Source of the DNA: a virus
Direction: 5' to 3' (one strand)
DNA length: 43,626 nucleotides
IMG/VR virus record: IMGVR_UViG_3300037430_000005
Span: 1 to 43,626 of that record
A program made the position numbers and the translations under genes. Of this stretch, positions 8,342-15,928 are shown one piece after another (position 1 is the first letter of the stretch; each line of letters starts with the position of its first letter). The notes beneath the pieces are model-generated. The model searched no databases. It worked only from the letters and a program-made list of their open reading frames with translations, and was not told the origin of the DNA.

Positions 8342-9265
8342 CTACTGAATCAGTGCCTTGTAAGTGAGTCGTTTGTCGGCCCTCCCGTCCACGAACGAGT
8401 CGAGCCGGTCGAGCGTGTGAATCTTGACGTTGCCTTCGTTCAGGCGGAACGTGAACTCGTCCACGTAGCGCGGGAGATGCTTCGGGCTGGCGTGATGGTA
8501 GACACCCATCAGCCCGCGCTTCAGGACCGCCCAAACACTCTCAATGCTGTTCGTGTGCGCCGCGCCGCGTGCGTATTCCCCGAGCGAGTGGTTGATGGTG
8601 TCGTGCCGAAAGAACAGCCCGTCGAGCCCGTCGAAGATGGCGCTGTCGTCGGTGTAGAGTTGCGAGCCCGCTTCGACGTTCCGGTGAATCTCGCCGTGAA
8701 CCTCATCGAACGTCATCTGACCGGACGGCCGCGCCTGCATCCGGCCGCCGCGTTCCTTCATGCCGAGCACGGCCGTTTTGCCGACTGGCCCGCGTCCCGC
8801 GTGCAGCTTTTTGTTCTCGTGCTTGTTCCCCTCCAGGCCGCCGACGAAGGTTTCGTCAATCTCGATGATGCCGCGCAACTTCCGCAGGTTCCGGCCGCCG
8901 CACGCTTCGCGGAGTCGGTGCAACTGGAACCATGCCGTCTTCTGGGTCACGCCGATCTGCTTGGCGAGCTGGAGACTGGAGATCCCCTTGCGGGCCGTGA
9001 CGAGCAGATACATGGCGTAGAGCCACTTGTGCAGCGGGATGTGCGACCGCTCAAGGATCGTGCCGGTTCGCACGGTGAAGACTTCCCGGCAGGGGTTGCA
9101 GCGGTAGTAGCCGACGCGCTTCGTGCTCACGACGCCAGCCTGACCCTTACAGACCGGGCAAACGGGGCCAACCGGCCAGAGTCGAGACTCGAAATACACG
9201 CGGGCCGACTCCTGATTGGGGAACCGCTCGAACAGTTGGAAGGTACTGATAGTGCTTTTCGCCAT
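8342..9265 (-). CDS. tnp: IS1595-family DDE transposase
   Basis: 307 aa. N-terminal zinc ribbon CPVCKG...YRCNPC. DDE-region motifs IIEIDETFVGG, LYTDDSAIF and HTNSIESVWAVLKRG. Confidence 0.85.
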   Translation of the reverse strand: MAKSTISTFQLFERFPNQESARVYFESRLWPVGPVCPVCKGQAGVVSTKRVGYYRCNPCREVFTVRTGTILERSHIPLHKWLYAMYLLVTARKGISSLQLAKQIGVTQKTAWFQLHRLREACGGRNLRKLRGIIEIDETFVGGLEGNKHENKKLHAGRGPVGKTAVLGMKERGGRMQARPSGQMTFDEVHGEIHRNVEAGSQLYTDDSAIFDGLDGLFFRHDTINHSLGEYARGAAHTNSIESVWAVLKRGLMGVYHHASPKHLPRYVDEFTFRLNEGNVKIHTLDRLDSFVDGRADKRLTYKALIQ

Positions 9266-9371
9266 GCCCTAATTGTAGCAAAAACGCCGTGCGCACTCAA
9301 GTATATAATTCCCCAATAGAGACACATCGCCAGCGCGGTACCGCAGTGGTGACAGGCTTGGACGTCGTGGC

Positions 9372-9677
9372 TCACGCGAAGTCCTTATCCCAGGCAATCG
9401 CCACATCGCCAGCGATCGGATTCGTCGTGCCGGGCTTGCATACGGAGTGATACAGCTTGGTGGCGGCCGGGTTGATCGGTTTGCCGTCGATCAAGCCGAC
9501 GTCATCCACGAGCATGATGCGCCCGTCGCGCAGATTCACCGTGTCGATGGTGTCCGCGCCGATCATGCGCTGGCACCAATTGAGCAAGATAGAACGGCCG
9601 ACATGGTGTTCTTCGTCCTGGCCGTTCGTGCGGAGAATTGTCACGACGGCGAGTTTCTTCATCGTTTCAGTCTTCAT
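9372..9677 (-). CDS. DUF3846-like protein
   Basis: ...RMIGADTIDTVNLRDGRIMLVDDVGLIDGKPINPAATKLY...IAGDVAI. The start is ATG 9677 or 9662. Confidence 0.5.
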   Translation of the reverse strand: MKTETMKKLAVVTILRTNGQDEEHHVGRSILLNWCQRMIGADTIDTVNLRDGRIMLVDDVGLIDGKPINPAATKLYHSVCKPGTTNPIAGDVAIAWDKDFA

Positions 9678-9909
9678 CTGCGTAGCCACAATCCCAGTCG
9701 TGGTAATCCGTGAACAGCGCGCACCCACAGTCGGGACAATGCGGATCGTCCACGCATTCAGGACACGTCTGATCACACGCGCGGCACCACGAGAGCTGAT
9801 GATCGCCGCAGAACTCGTGGACGGCCGCGTGGCCCGTGAAGTCACGGCACCACGGATCGCGGTAGCCGTCGTCGTCCTGCGGGTAGGGTTCTTCGTCTTC
9901 GGTGCTCAT
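9667..9909 (-). CDS. Acidic Cys-rich small protein
   Basis: 80 aa. WCRD..H..H.FC..H..WCRACDQTCPEC..HCPDCGC. Its leader and start codon lie in repeat R6. Confidence 0.6.
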   Translation of the reverse strand: MSTEDEEPYPQDDDGYRDPWCRDFTGHAAVHEFCGDHQLSWCRACDQTCPECVDDPHCPDCGCALFTDYHDWDCGYADED

Positions 9910-9970
9910 GCGGTCACCATCGTCAACGCGGTAAGTGGACGCTGGGAATTACCTGTCGGTTACCTTCGCG
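9907..9970 (-). repeat. Structured repeat R6 (CGCGAAGG-N27-CTTACCGCG)
   Basis: Box1 at 9963..9970 overlaps the last codons and TAA of 9960..10163. Box2 is at 9927..9935. The tail ACGATGGTGACCGCATGAGC supplies the start of 9667..9909. Confidence 0.85.
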
Positions 9971-10163
9971 CATAAAATTCTTGATCTTCGTCGTGCCCGC
10001 GTCGGGCGATCACCCGCAGTCGATCCAATCGATCACTGGCTTCCTGATCCCACGGCCGCGATCGAAAGCGGACATCTTCCTCCCGTCGTTGCAGGAAGAC
10101 GCGGACGTAGATGCCCCCCATCGCCACCACAAAGACGCCGACGACGAGCAGGACATACCTCAT
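9960..10163 (-). CDS. Small membrane protein
   Basis: 67 aa with the N-terminal hydrophobic helix MRYVLLVVGVFVVAMGGIYV. Confidence 0.5.
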   Translation of the reverse strand: MRYVLLVVGVFVVAMGGIYVRVFLQRREEDVRFRSRPWDQEASDRLDRLRVIARRGHDEDQEFYARR

Positions 10164-10510
10164 AGCTTGAACGCCAGCGCCTCGCGCGGCCCCTTGACGA
10201 CGATCTCGTCATCGGCATTCCCCGTGATCGTGATCCGTCCCGCATGCTCGAGCCGATGATGCGCGACGCAGAGGTAACAGAGATTCGAGGGCGCCCATAG
10301 GAGCCGCTTGGATTTCGAGCGATAGATGATGTGGTGCAAGTGAATCCCATCCTCCCGGCAGCCGGGGACACTGCAGCGCCGGCCGTCACGGAGTCGCACG
10401 GCTTTGCGTGCCGCCGCTTCCAGGGCCTTGCCGGTGAGCCGTTTCGTCCGCTTGAGCTCCACACCGAGCTTGCCCTTGGGAAACGCGAGCTGGGAGGTAT
10501 CCATGCCCAT
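10160..10510 (-). CDS. HNH endonuclease
   Basis: CSVPGC..GIHLHHIIYRS...NLCYLCVAHHRLEH. ATG 10510 shares one base with the upstream TGA (TGATG). Confidence 0.7.
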   Translation of the reverse strand: MGMDTSQLAFPKGKLGVELKRTKRLTGKALEAAARKAVRLRDGRRCSVPGCREDGIHLHHIIYRSKSKRLLWAPSNLCYLCVAHHRLEHAGRITITGNADDEIVVKGPREALAFKL

Positions 10511-12354
10511 CACGCCGCCCCCGCGAACGACGTCGGATCGCCAAATTGCAACACCGTCACCAGCGTCTGTCGGCCGGGTACGTTCGCCAGCGGCGTCAGG
10601 TGCAGATGCCATTTCTTCTCGCCCGCGGCCACGGCGGTGCCGGGCCACGCGACGGCCTGATCCACCACGGTCGCCACGAGGTCATCGCGCTGCCAGGTGA
10701 GACGGGCCATGCCTGACGGGATCGGCCACTCGGCGACGTTGCCGGTGATCGTCGGGACCACGGGACAATGCCAACGCCATTGCCGTAAGGGATTGCTTTT
10801 GATGCGCGTCTGCATCGCGGCACTGTAGCGGGTGAAATTCGCCAAGAGCTGCGGATCGTCCAGATCGGACGTGTCGGTCACGGTGATCCTGTCCACGGCG
10901 TCCGCGTGCCGCCACTCGATCGTGCGGGTGTACTCCTTGAGGAACGGCGGGATTTTGTAATAGTTGGCCGCGGGAGACAGTACATGGCCGCGCGTCGTGC
11001 CGGCGACGAAGAACACGCCAGGCGCGGTGATGAGGCGGTCCGCGATCCGCGATTCGACGGATGAGCCGAAGCCGGCCAGGAGCATCACGTTGGCGCCTTC
11101 GCCCGTCGTCGTGACCCCGCCGTACGTGATCGGATGCGTCAGCGCCCAGCTGCCTTGGCGGTACAGTTGCACGTCCCCGAAATACGTCACGCCATGATCG
11201 ACGCCGCCATTCGGGTGCGTCGGCGGGAAGTGCGTCATCAGGTGCGAGGCGTCCGCCTGCCACGAGCTGCGGGCACTGACGATCCCTTGCCCGGTCGCGT
11301 TGAAGATCAGCGGGAGCGCGTCGCGGGTGCGCGTCGGGCCATACGGATCAAACAGGAGGAAGGATCGCGCGAGCGGCGGCGTGGCGGCCGTGCCGTACTG
11401 CGCCGTCATGTCCACGACGAACTGGCGCGCATCGGACGAGTCGAAGCACATCGCGGACGCCACCCAATAGGGCGGGCGCACCTTATGCGGTTCCTGCTCG
11501 TCCCCCCATTGAAAGCTCTGCTTCAGATCCGGCGTGATTAGGTGCGTGTAGCGTTGGGCGGCGTGCGCCTGCCACGCCACGACCTCGGGGAAGTGCTCGA
11601 TCCCCACGGCGGCGGCCCCGAGCAGCAGCAGTCGCACGGTCCCCAGGTTGTATTCGGAGCCTTCGATCCACTCCCCGCCTGCCGCCATCTCGACGTAATC
11701 GCGCACGCAGTTGCGGAGCGTGAGCCGGTCCCGGCCCGTGCTGTCATACCCGCCCACGCACGGACGGATGAACAACGCTTGCGCGGGGCCATCATCCGGG
11801 AACGCCTTCGCATAGCAGGCGAGCCCCATGTAGACGCCTGTCACCTGATCAGAATCGACTGTTCGCAGCGGCATCGCCGCGGGTAGCGAGGGGTTCGTCA
11901 ACGCGGAGGTCCACATCGCATCGAGTTGCGCCAGGAATTGCGCGCGTTGCGCCTCGCTCAGCCCCGGCCAGAGCCAGTCGAGGATCACAACCCGTTCCAT
12001 CGCGTATTCCCGCACGTTGTCCTGCTGAAAGGTCGTGGCCGTGAGGAAGCCTTGCAGTTTCGCCCACGCCTTCGCGACGAATGCCACATCCCCTGTCGCC
12101 TGATACGCGATCGTCGCCCACAGGCCCGTGTCCGCGTAGACGGTGCCACTCAGCGCAGCCGTGCGGATCAGGGTCCACCACGGATGGGTCTCGGCGACCA
12201 TGCGGTTGAAGGTCGCTTGCCGGGTCGGCGTCCAGAGCAAGCGGGGGGCGCGGCCCGTGGGACTCGTCACCGGCGGCGGGATCACCACAGGCGGGAGTTG
12301 ATGCGCTTCAATCAACAGGCGCAAGGATTCGATGAACTCAGGATCAGTGCTCAT
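10510..12354 (-). CDS. Polysaccharide-lyase-like protein (heparinase II/III or alginate-lyase type architecture)
   Basis: 614 aa. The N-terminal half is helical and rich in W and A. The central motif is HFPPTHPNGGVDHGVTYFGDVQLYRQGSWALTHPITYG. The C-terminal half looks beta-rich. Assignment is by motif resemblance only. Confidence 0.4.
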   Translation of the reverse strand: MSTDPEFIESLRLLIEAHQLPPVVIPPPVTSPTGRAPRLLWTPTRQATFNRMVAETHPWWTLIRTAALSGTVYADTGLWATIAYQATGDVAFVAKAWAKLQGFLTATTFQQDNVREYAMERVVILDWLWPGLSEAQRAQFLAQLDAMWTSALTNPSLPAAMPLRTVDSDQVTGVYMGLACYAKAFPDDGPAQALFIRPCVGGYDSTGRDRLTLRNCVRDYVEMAAGGEWIEGSEYNLGTVRLLLLGAAAVGIEHFPEVVAWQAHAAQRYTHLITPDLKQSFQWGDEQEPHKVRPPYWVASAMCFDSSDARQFVVDMTAQYGTAATPPLARSFLLFDPYGPTRTRDALPLIFNATGQGIVSARSSWQADASHLMTHFPPTHPNGGVDHGVTYFGDVQLYRQGSWALTHPITYGGVTTTGEGANVMLLAGFGSSVESRIADRLITAPGVFFVAGTTRGHVLSPAANYYKIPPFLKEYTRTIEWRHADAVDRITVTDTSDLDDPQLLANFTRYSAAMQTRIKSNPLRQWRWHCPVVPTITGNVAEWPIPSGMARLTWQRDDLVATVVDQAVAWPGTAVAAGEKKWHLHLTPLANVPGRQTLVTVLQFGDPTSFAGAA

Positions 12355-12677
12355 GCGTTATGTAAGCGGCCGCGGGTCTCCCCCGTCGCGGCCAACCGGG
12401 TCTCACGCTCTTCCGGCCCCGCCAGACTGACGGGCGCCTGAGGCGTTGGAGGACGAGGACTTCTGCCGCGCCCGTGTTGCTGGCGCTCTTGCGCGAGCGC
12501 CGCCCGCCGCTCCGCTTCCCCCTGACACAAGTCACAGAGCGGGGCGAGCTCATAGGGGTCATCCAGGCACCGGAGCAGGAGCCGATCACAGCCCACGCGG
12601 CTACAGGTCCGGCGCACGAGGCCGGGATCGTAGTCATCGAGCTCCCGGTCATCCGCCGGCTGATCGAAGCGACTCAC
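12351..12677 (-). CDS. Hypothetical protein with a Cys cluster
   Basis: 108 aa, with ATGA overlaps at both ends. Confidence 0.5.
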   Translation of the reverse strand: MSRFDQPADDRELDDYDPGLVRRTCSRVGCDRLLLRCLDDPYELAPLCDLCQGEAERRAALAQERQQHGRGRSPRPPTPQAPVSLAGPEERETRLAATGETRGRLHNA

Positions 12678-13486
12678 GCCGCGGCTCCACTGCGCCGGGC
12701 GCGGTAGTCCTGATCGTTCTGATAGGTCCAGGCCCAGAGTTGCTTCGTCGCCAGGAACACGGGGAACAGCTCTCGTGCGGGCGGGACGGTCACCACTTCA
12801 AAGGCGGGGTCGGTGTCCACCTTCGGCAAGCGGAGAATCAAGGCCGAGGCCGGCAACGCAAACCCCATCTCCTCGAGCGCCACACTGTAGGCGGCCGATT
12901 GCAGGAAGCTCTCCGGGTAGACGGCTTTCCCGCTCTTGAAGTCCAGCAAGGTCAACACGCCGTTGACGCGGGCGAGCAGATCCATCGTCCCGGCGTACTG
13001 GTGGACCTTGGAATAGACCGTGTGTTCAATCACGACCGGCTTGAGGTTGACCGACTTCGCGAAGTCCTCGAAGGCCATCACGGCCCAGAGCGCCTTGTCG
13101 CTGATGACCGGCTTCGGCCCGGCGTCGGCCCCGATCGCGGTGCGCATCATCCACTCGATCATCTTGTGGATTTGCGTCCCGATTTCGCCGGCCTTGGCCA
13201 ATTCCTTCTGATGCGCTTTGACGAGCCCGAGTCGCGCGGTCAACGTCGCCAGATAACTCTCGCGGGGCATCTGCGGCGGGACCAGTTGGGCGCACCATTC
13301 CTGATAGAGATCCGCCGCGGCTTCGGTGCAGGCCGCGCGCTCGGTTGATGCAGACCAGGCGATAAGGGCCGGCTTCCCGATGCAGCCGAGAATATGCGTC
13401 ACGCTGGGATAGGAGGCGCCGTCAATCTCATAGAAGCGGCCGTTGACCGCGGAGTCTTTGCGTACAACTTTCGTTTTGGTAGGCAT
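12674..13486 (-). CDS. PD-(D/E)XK (Cas4/RecB-like) exonuclease
   Basis: Start ATG 13486. YPSVTHILG ... GTQIHKMIE ... GTMDLLARVNGVLTLLDFKSGK ... QSAAY. Confidence 0.65.
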   Translation of the reverse strand: MPTKTKVVRKDSAVNGRFYEIDGASYPSVTHILGCIGKPALIAWSASTERAACTEAAADLYQEWCAQLVPPQMPRESYLATLTARLGLVKAHQKELAKAGEIGTQIHKMIEWMMRTAIGADAGPKPVISDKALWAVMAFEDFAKSVNLKPVVIEHTVYSKVHQYAGTMDLLARVNGVLTLLDFKSGKAVYPESFLQSAAYSVALEEMGFALPASALILRLPKVDTDPAFEVVTVPPARELFPVFLATKQLWAWTYQNDQDYRARRSGAAA

Positions 13487-13497
13487 GGGGCTTTCAA

Positions 13498-13947
13498 CTA
13501 AAACGGGATGTCCGCATCGTCGAAGGGATAGATGTCCGTCTCGAGCTCCGGGTCCGGTGTCAGCGCGTGTGCCGGCGCGGGCTTCGGTTTCGGCGGCGGC
13601 GCGGCGGGGGTCATGTGGATCCGGCTCTTCCCGTTGGGCGACTTGATCCGCACCACGTCGTAACTCTCGCCGCCGTAATCCGCTTCCGCGGTGTAGAGCT
13701 TCACGGCCGTGCCTGGCCACTCTTCGGTCATGCCCGAGCCGGAAATTTCAATAATCTTGTTGGCGTTCGTCTTGTTCAGGACGATGCCCTTTTCCTTGCC
13801 CGCAAAGTAGACGACCGGCTTCATCTCGCGCGTCCGGCCGACGGGTTCAAACTCCACCCGCTCAATCGTCACCACCGGCTCGTGCCCTTTCAGGTCGTGG
13901 GCTTTCAGGTATTTCGTCGGAAACACGTCATTAATGTTGGGGGACAT
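13498..13947 (-). CDS. Putative ssDNA-binding protein with an SSB-type C-terminal tip
   Basis: Start ATG 13947, 149 aa. A Pro-rich linker is followed by ...IYPFDDADIPF at the C-terminus. Confidence 0.4.
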   Translation of the reverse strand: MSPNINDVFPTKYLKAHDLKGHEPVVTIERVEFEPVGRTREMKPVVYFAGKEKGIVLNKTNANKIIEISGSGMTEEWPGTAVKLYTAEADYGGESYDVVRIKSPNGKSRIHMTPAAPPPKPKPAPAHALTPDPELETDIYPFDDADIPF

Positions 13948-13949
13948 AA

Positions 13950-14240
13950 TTACTTTCGGGGATCCACGCCCCACGGCGTGCTCGGGGTGATCGATCCGAT
14001 GACCTTCGCGGCTTCGGCCCGCGCCAATCCCGCGGCCAACTCAAACAGCGGCGCGTTCGGTTTCACGGCCTCGATCACGGCTTCGGCCATCGTGATGTAG
14101 GTGTGCCGTTCGGGCAGGGACAACGCCTCCCAATGGATCACGTCCAGCTGATAACACGTCGCCCGCGCGAGATAGATCACATGGGCCAACTGCGCCAACG
14201 CGGCTGCTTTTGGTAATCCACACAAAGGTGACGGACTCAC
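13950..14240 (-). CDS. Hypothetical protein
   Basis: GTG 14240 overlaps the upstream TGA as GTGA. 96 aa. Confidence 0.45.
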   Translation of the reverse strand: MSPSPLCGLPKAAALAQLAHVIYLARATCYQLDVIHWEALSLPERHTYITMAEAVIEAVKPNAPLFELAAGLARAEAAKVIGSITPSTPWGVDPRK

Positions 14241-14392
14241 GGCTGCCCCGCCGCCAAGAACACCACGACACAGGTCGGGCACATCGAATGGGAGGTCGGC
14301 AGGGTCGGATCGCCGACGTGTTCGATCCGGCGGCACCACGCACACTGGATCGTGAAGTCTTCCGGCACCGGCGCGAGGTCTGGGTTGTTCAT
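14237..14392 (-). CDS. Small zinc-ribbon protein (51 aa)
   Basis: Hand translation MNNPDLAPVPEDFTIQCAWCRRIEHVGDPTLPTSHSMCPTCVVVFLAAGQP. High third-position GC. ATGA overlap with the upstream gene. Confidence 0.55.
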   Translation of the reverse strand: MNNPDLAPVPEDFTIQCAWCRRIEHVGDPTLPTSHSMCPTCVVVFLAAGQP

Positions 14393-14592
14393 GGTCTGGC
14401 TCGGAATCGTGGCCGCGGTAACTCTTTCGGTGGACGCTCTGCGTATCGCCGTCGCGGGAAGATTTCTTGGTACGCTTCGTCGTCGTAGTCCTCATCCGCT
14501 GCTGTGACGTCTCCGCGGATCGCTTTCCCGATCCCCACGGCGACACACAGCACCAAGGCGACGCCGAGCAGGATCCAGCCCCAGGGATTCAT
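14389..14592 (-). CDS. Small membrane protein whose C-terminal ~25 aa are encoded by repeat R7
   Basis: MNPWGWILLGVALVLCVAVGIG is a transmembrane helix. The tail FPRRRYAERPPKELPRPRFRARP is read from the repeat. Confidence 0.5.
   Translation of the reverse strand: MNPWGWILLGVALVLCVAVGIGKAIRGDVTAADEDYDDEAYQEIFPRRRYAERPPKELPRPRFRARP
14390..14456 (-). repeat. Structured repeat R7 (CGCGACGG-N26-GTTACCGCG), a divergent copy
   Basis: Box1 at 14449..14456, box2 at 14414..14421. The tail ends at ATG 14392. Confidence 0.75.
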
Positions 14593-14855
14593 ACGGGGCT
14601 GTTCTTGAGATACCGCGTGACCAGCTCCCCGCTGTACCGCTTCTTCCGCCCCACGGGTCGGCGAAATTCAAACCGCTTCAGCTTCCCGGCTTTCTGAAAC
14701 GCGTAGAACGTCGCGGGCCGCAGGTTGAGGGCGCGCATCAATTCCCCGGCGCCCATCGCGTTCGGTAAGGGTTCGCCGACGTGATACGGCCTGGCAGGCT
14801 CGTGGATCACCGCAGACGGCTTCTGGTCTTCCAACAGTCCAACTGGCTCGGTCAT
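14589..14855 (-). CDS. HTH (excisionase/MerR-type HTH_17) protein, first gene of the early leftward operon
   Basis: ATG 14855. The listed 14891 start is a TTG that coincides with a TTGACA -35 box. GELMRALNLRPATFYAFQKAGKLKRFEF...YSGELVTRYL. Confidence 0.55.
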   Translation of the reverse strand: MTEPVGLLEDQKPSAVIHEPARPYHVGEPLPNAMGAGELMRALNLRPATFYAFQKAGKLKRFEFRRPVGRKKRYSGELVTRYLKNSPV

Positions 14856-14862
14856 GTCGGCT

Positions 14863-14891
14863 AGTGTATACGTCCGATAGTCTCCTGTCAA
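14863..14891 (-). promoter_or_regulatory. Candidate early promoter: -35 TTGACA, 17-nt spacer, -10 TACACT (or TATACA with 15 nt). It would give a near-leaderless transcript.
   Basis: The minus strand reads TTGACAGGAGACTATCGGACGTATACACTAGCCGACATG. Confidence 0.4.
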
Positions 14892-14916
14892 GTGTCTGAG
14901 GGTCTGTTGGCCATGC

Positions 14917-14938
14917 GTACGGATCCATGGATCGGTAC
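14917..14938. promoter_or_regulatory. 22-bp near-perfect palindrome, candidate operator
   Basis: GTACGGATCCATGGATCGGTAC. The 12-bp core GATCCATGGATC is perfect and the outer GTAC arms are also symmetric. It lies between the divergent repressor and the early operon. Confidence 0.4.
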
Positions 14939-15165
14939 GATGATCCGACAGTCACGGCTGAGGTAGGCGGTTTGTCAGTGCCGTTGTGACGAATCGATAG
15001 CGAAAGTCTGTAGGCGACGGTAGGACAGGACCGGAGTCGGTCAGAACTGGCTAGATTTATGGCTAGACGCTATGCGACACTGTGCCCAATTATTCCAGTA
15101 TCGACTTCCCGATATTCCACATGGGTATATCTGTCGTCATAAATCGTAAATCCGATGAGTCTGTG

Positions 15166-15615
15166 ATGAGCGACACGACTGTAGCTTTTACTGTAGGGGA
15201 CGTGATCCGCAAACTCCGCAAAGATCGCCATTGGTCTATCCGCAAGCTGCAACACGAAAGCGGCATCGGTCGGATGACGATCTCCGCGATCGAACGCAAC
15301 GAATCGAACTACCAGAAAGACACGCTCGATGCGCTCGCCCTCGCGTTCAAGATGAAAAGCGGCGCCGAGCTGGAAGCCCTGGCGAGTCTGTCGCCGTCGC
15401 GCACGCGTCGTGCGACCGATAGCGATCTCGCGCCGGAATGGATCGCGTTCACGCGGCGCGTGATGCGGCTCAATCGCCAGGCGCAAGGCGCGTTGCATGT
15501 GATCGTGTTGGCGTTTGAAGACGCGGGCGCCGTGAGCCCGCACGACGCCCCGGAGGCCGACGACCCCGCCGCGCCGGCGCCCGCCCATCCCCATCCCCCG
15601 GCACATCAGGGCTAA
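15166..15615 (+). CDS. CI-like XRE-family repressor
   Basis: ATG 15166. VGDVIRKLRKDRHWSIRKLQHESGIGRMTISAIERNESNYQKDTLDALALAF. Divergent from the early operon and adjacent to the integrase. Confidence 0.7.
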   Translation: MSDTTVAFTVGDVIRKLRKDRHWSIRKLQHESGIGRMTISAIERNESNYQKDTLDALALAFKMKSGAELEALASLSPSRTRRATDSDLAPEWIAFTRRVMRLNRQAQGALHVIVLAFEDAGAVSPHDAPEADDPAAPAPAHPHPPAHQG

Positions 15616-15724
15616 CCGCCCACACTCCAGGCTGGTACACTTGACGCTATCTTTGCGCCGTGGAATAGGCTAGACTCCGGTCAAATGTCAGCCATCCGAC
15701 AGAGCGAAAGGGCTGAGGTGTGTT

Positions 15725-15928
15725 ATGGCCCCGTCGTCGTTGGCGTCGATCGTTGCGCCCGTCGTCCACCTGATTCATCCCCACCAGACCGCGGTGCTCC
15801 AGCTCCTGATGCGGCATGCGATTGCGTTGCTTGCCCTCGAGGGGGACGCCTTCGTGCAGACGGCCGATGATCTGCTGGTGTCCCGCCTGCGCGATCTCGC
15901 GGCCGTCGCGGACAAGCTCCCCCACTAA
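15725..15928 (+). CDS. Hypothetical protein (67 aa)
   Basis: High third-position GC in this frame. Convergent with int, overlapping it by 4 nt. The overlapping minus ORF looks worse. Confidence 0.4.
   Translation: MAPSSLASIVAPVVHLIHPHQTAVLQLLMRHAIALLALEGDAFVQTADDLLVSRLRDLAAVADKLPH

Larger units (their letters stand above)
7332..9313 (-). mobile_element. IS1595-family element (1,982 bp) with perfect 22-bp terminal inverted repeats, carrying the transposase plus three cargo ORFs
   Basis: 7332..7353 is GGGAATTATATACTTGAGTGCG. 9292..9313 is its exact reverse complement. No matching flanking duplication was found. Confidence 0.8.

Noticed and set aside
7349-9319. 656-aa plus-strand ORF, the longest in that region
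   Set aside because: It lies antisense to the IS1595 transposase and its cargo genes. It is R/A/V/P-rich with no motifs, which is the typical shadow ORF of a high-GC coding strand.
7324-9321. 8-bp target-site duplication flanking the IS1595-family element
   Set aside because: The flanks are AAATGCAA and CAATAGAG. No duplication of 2-11 bp fits either boundary choice.
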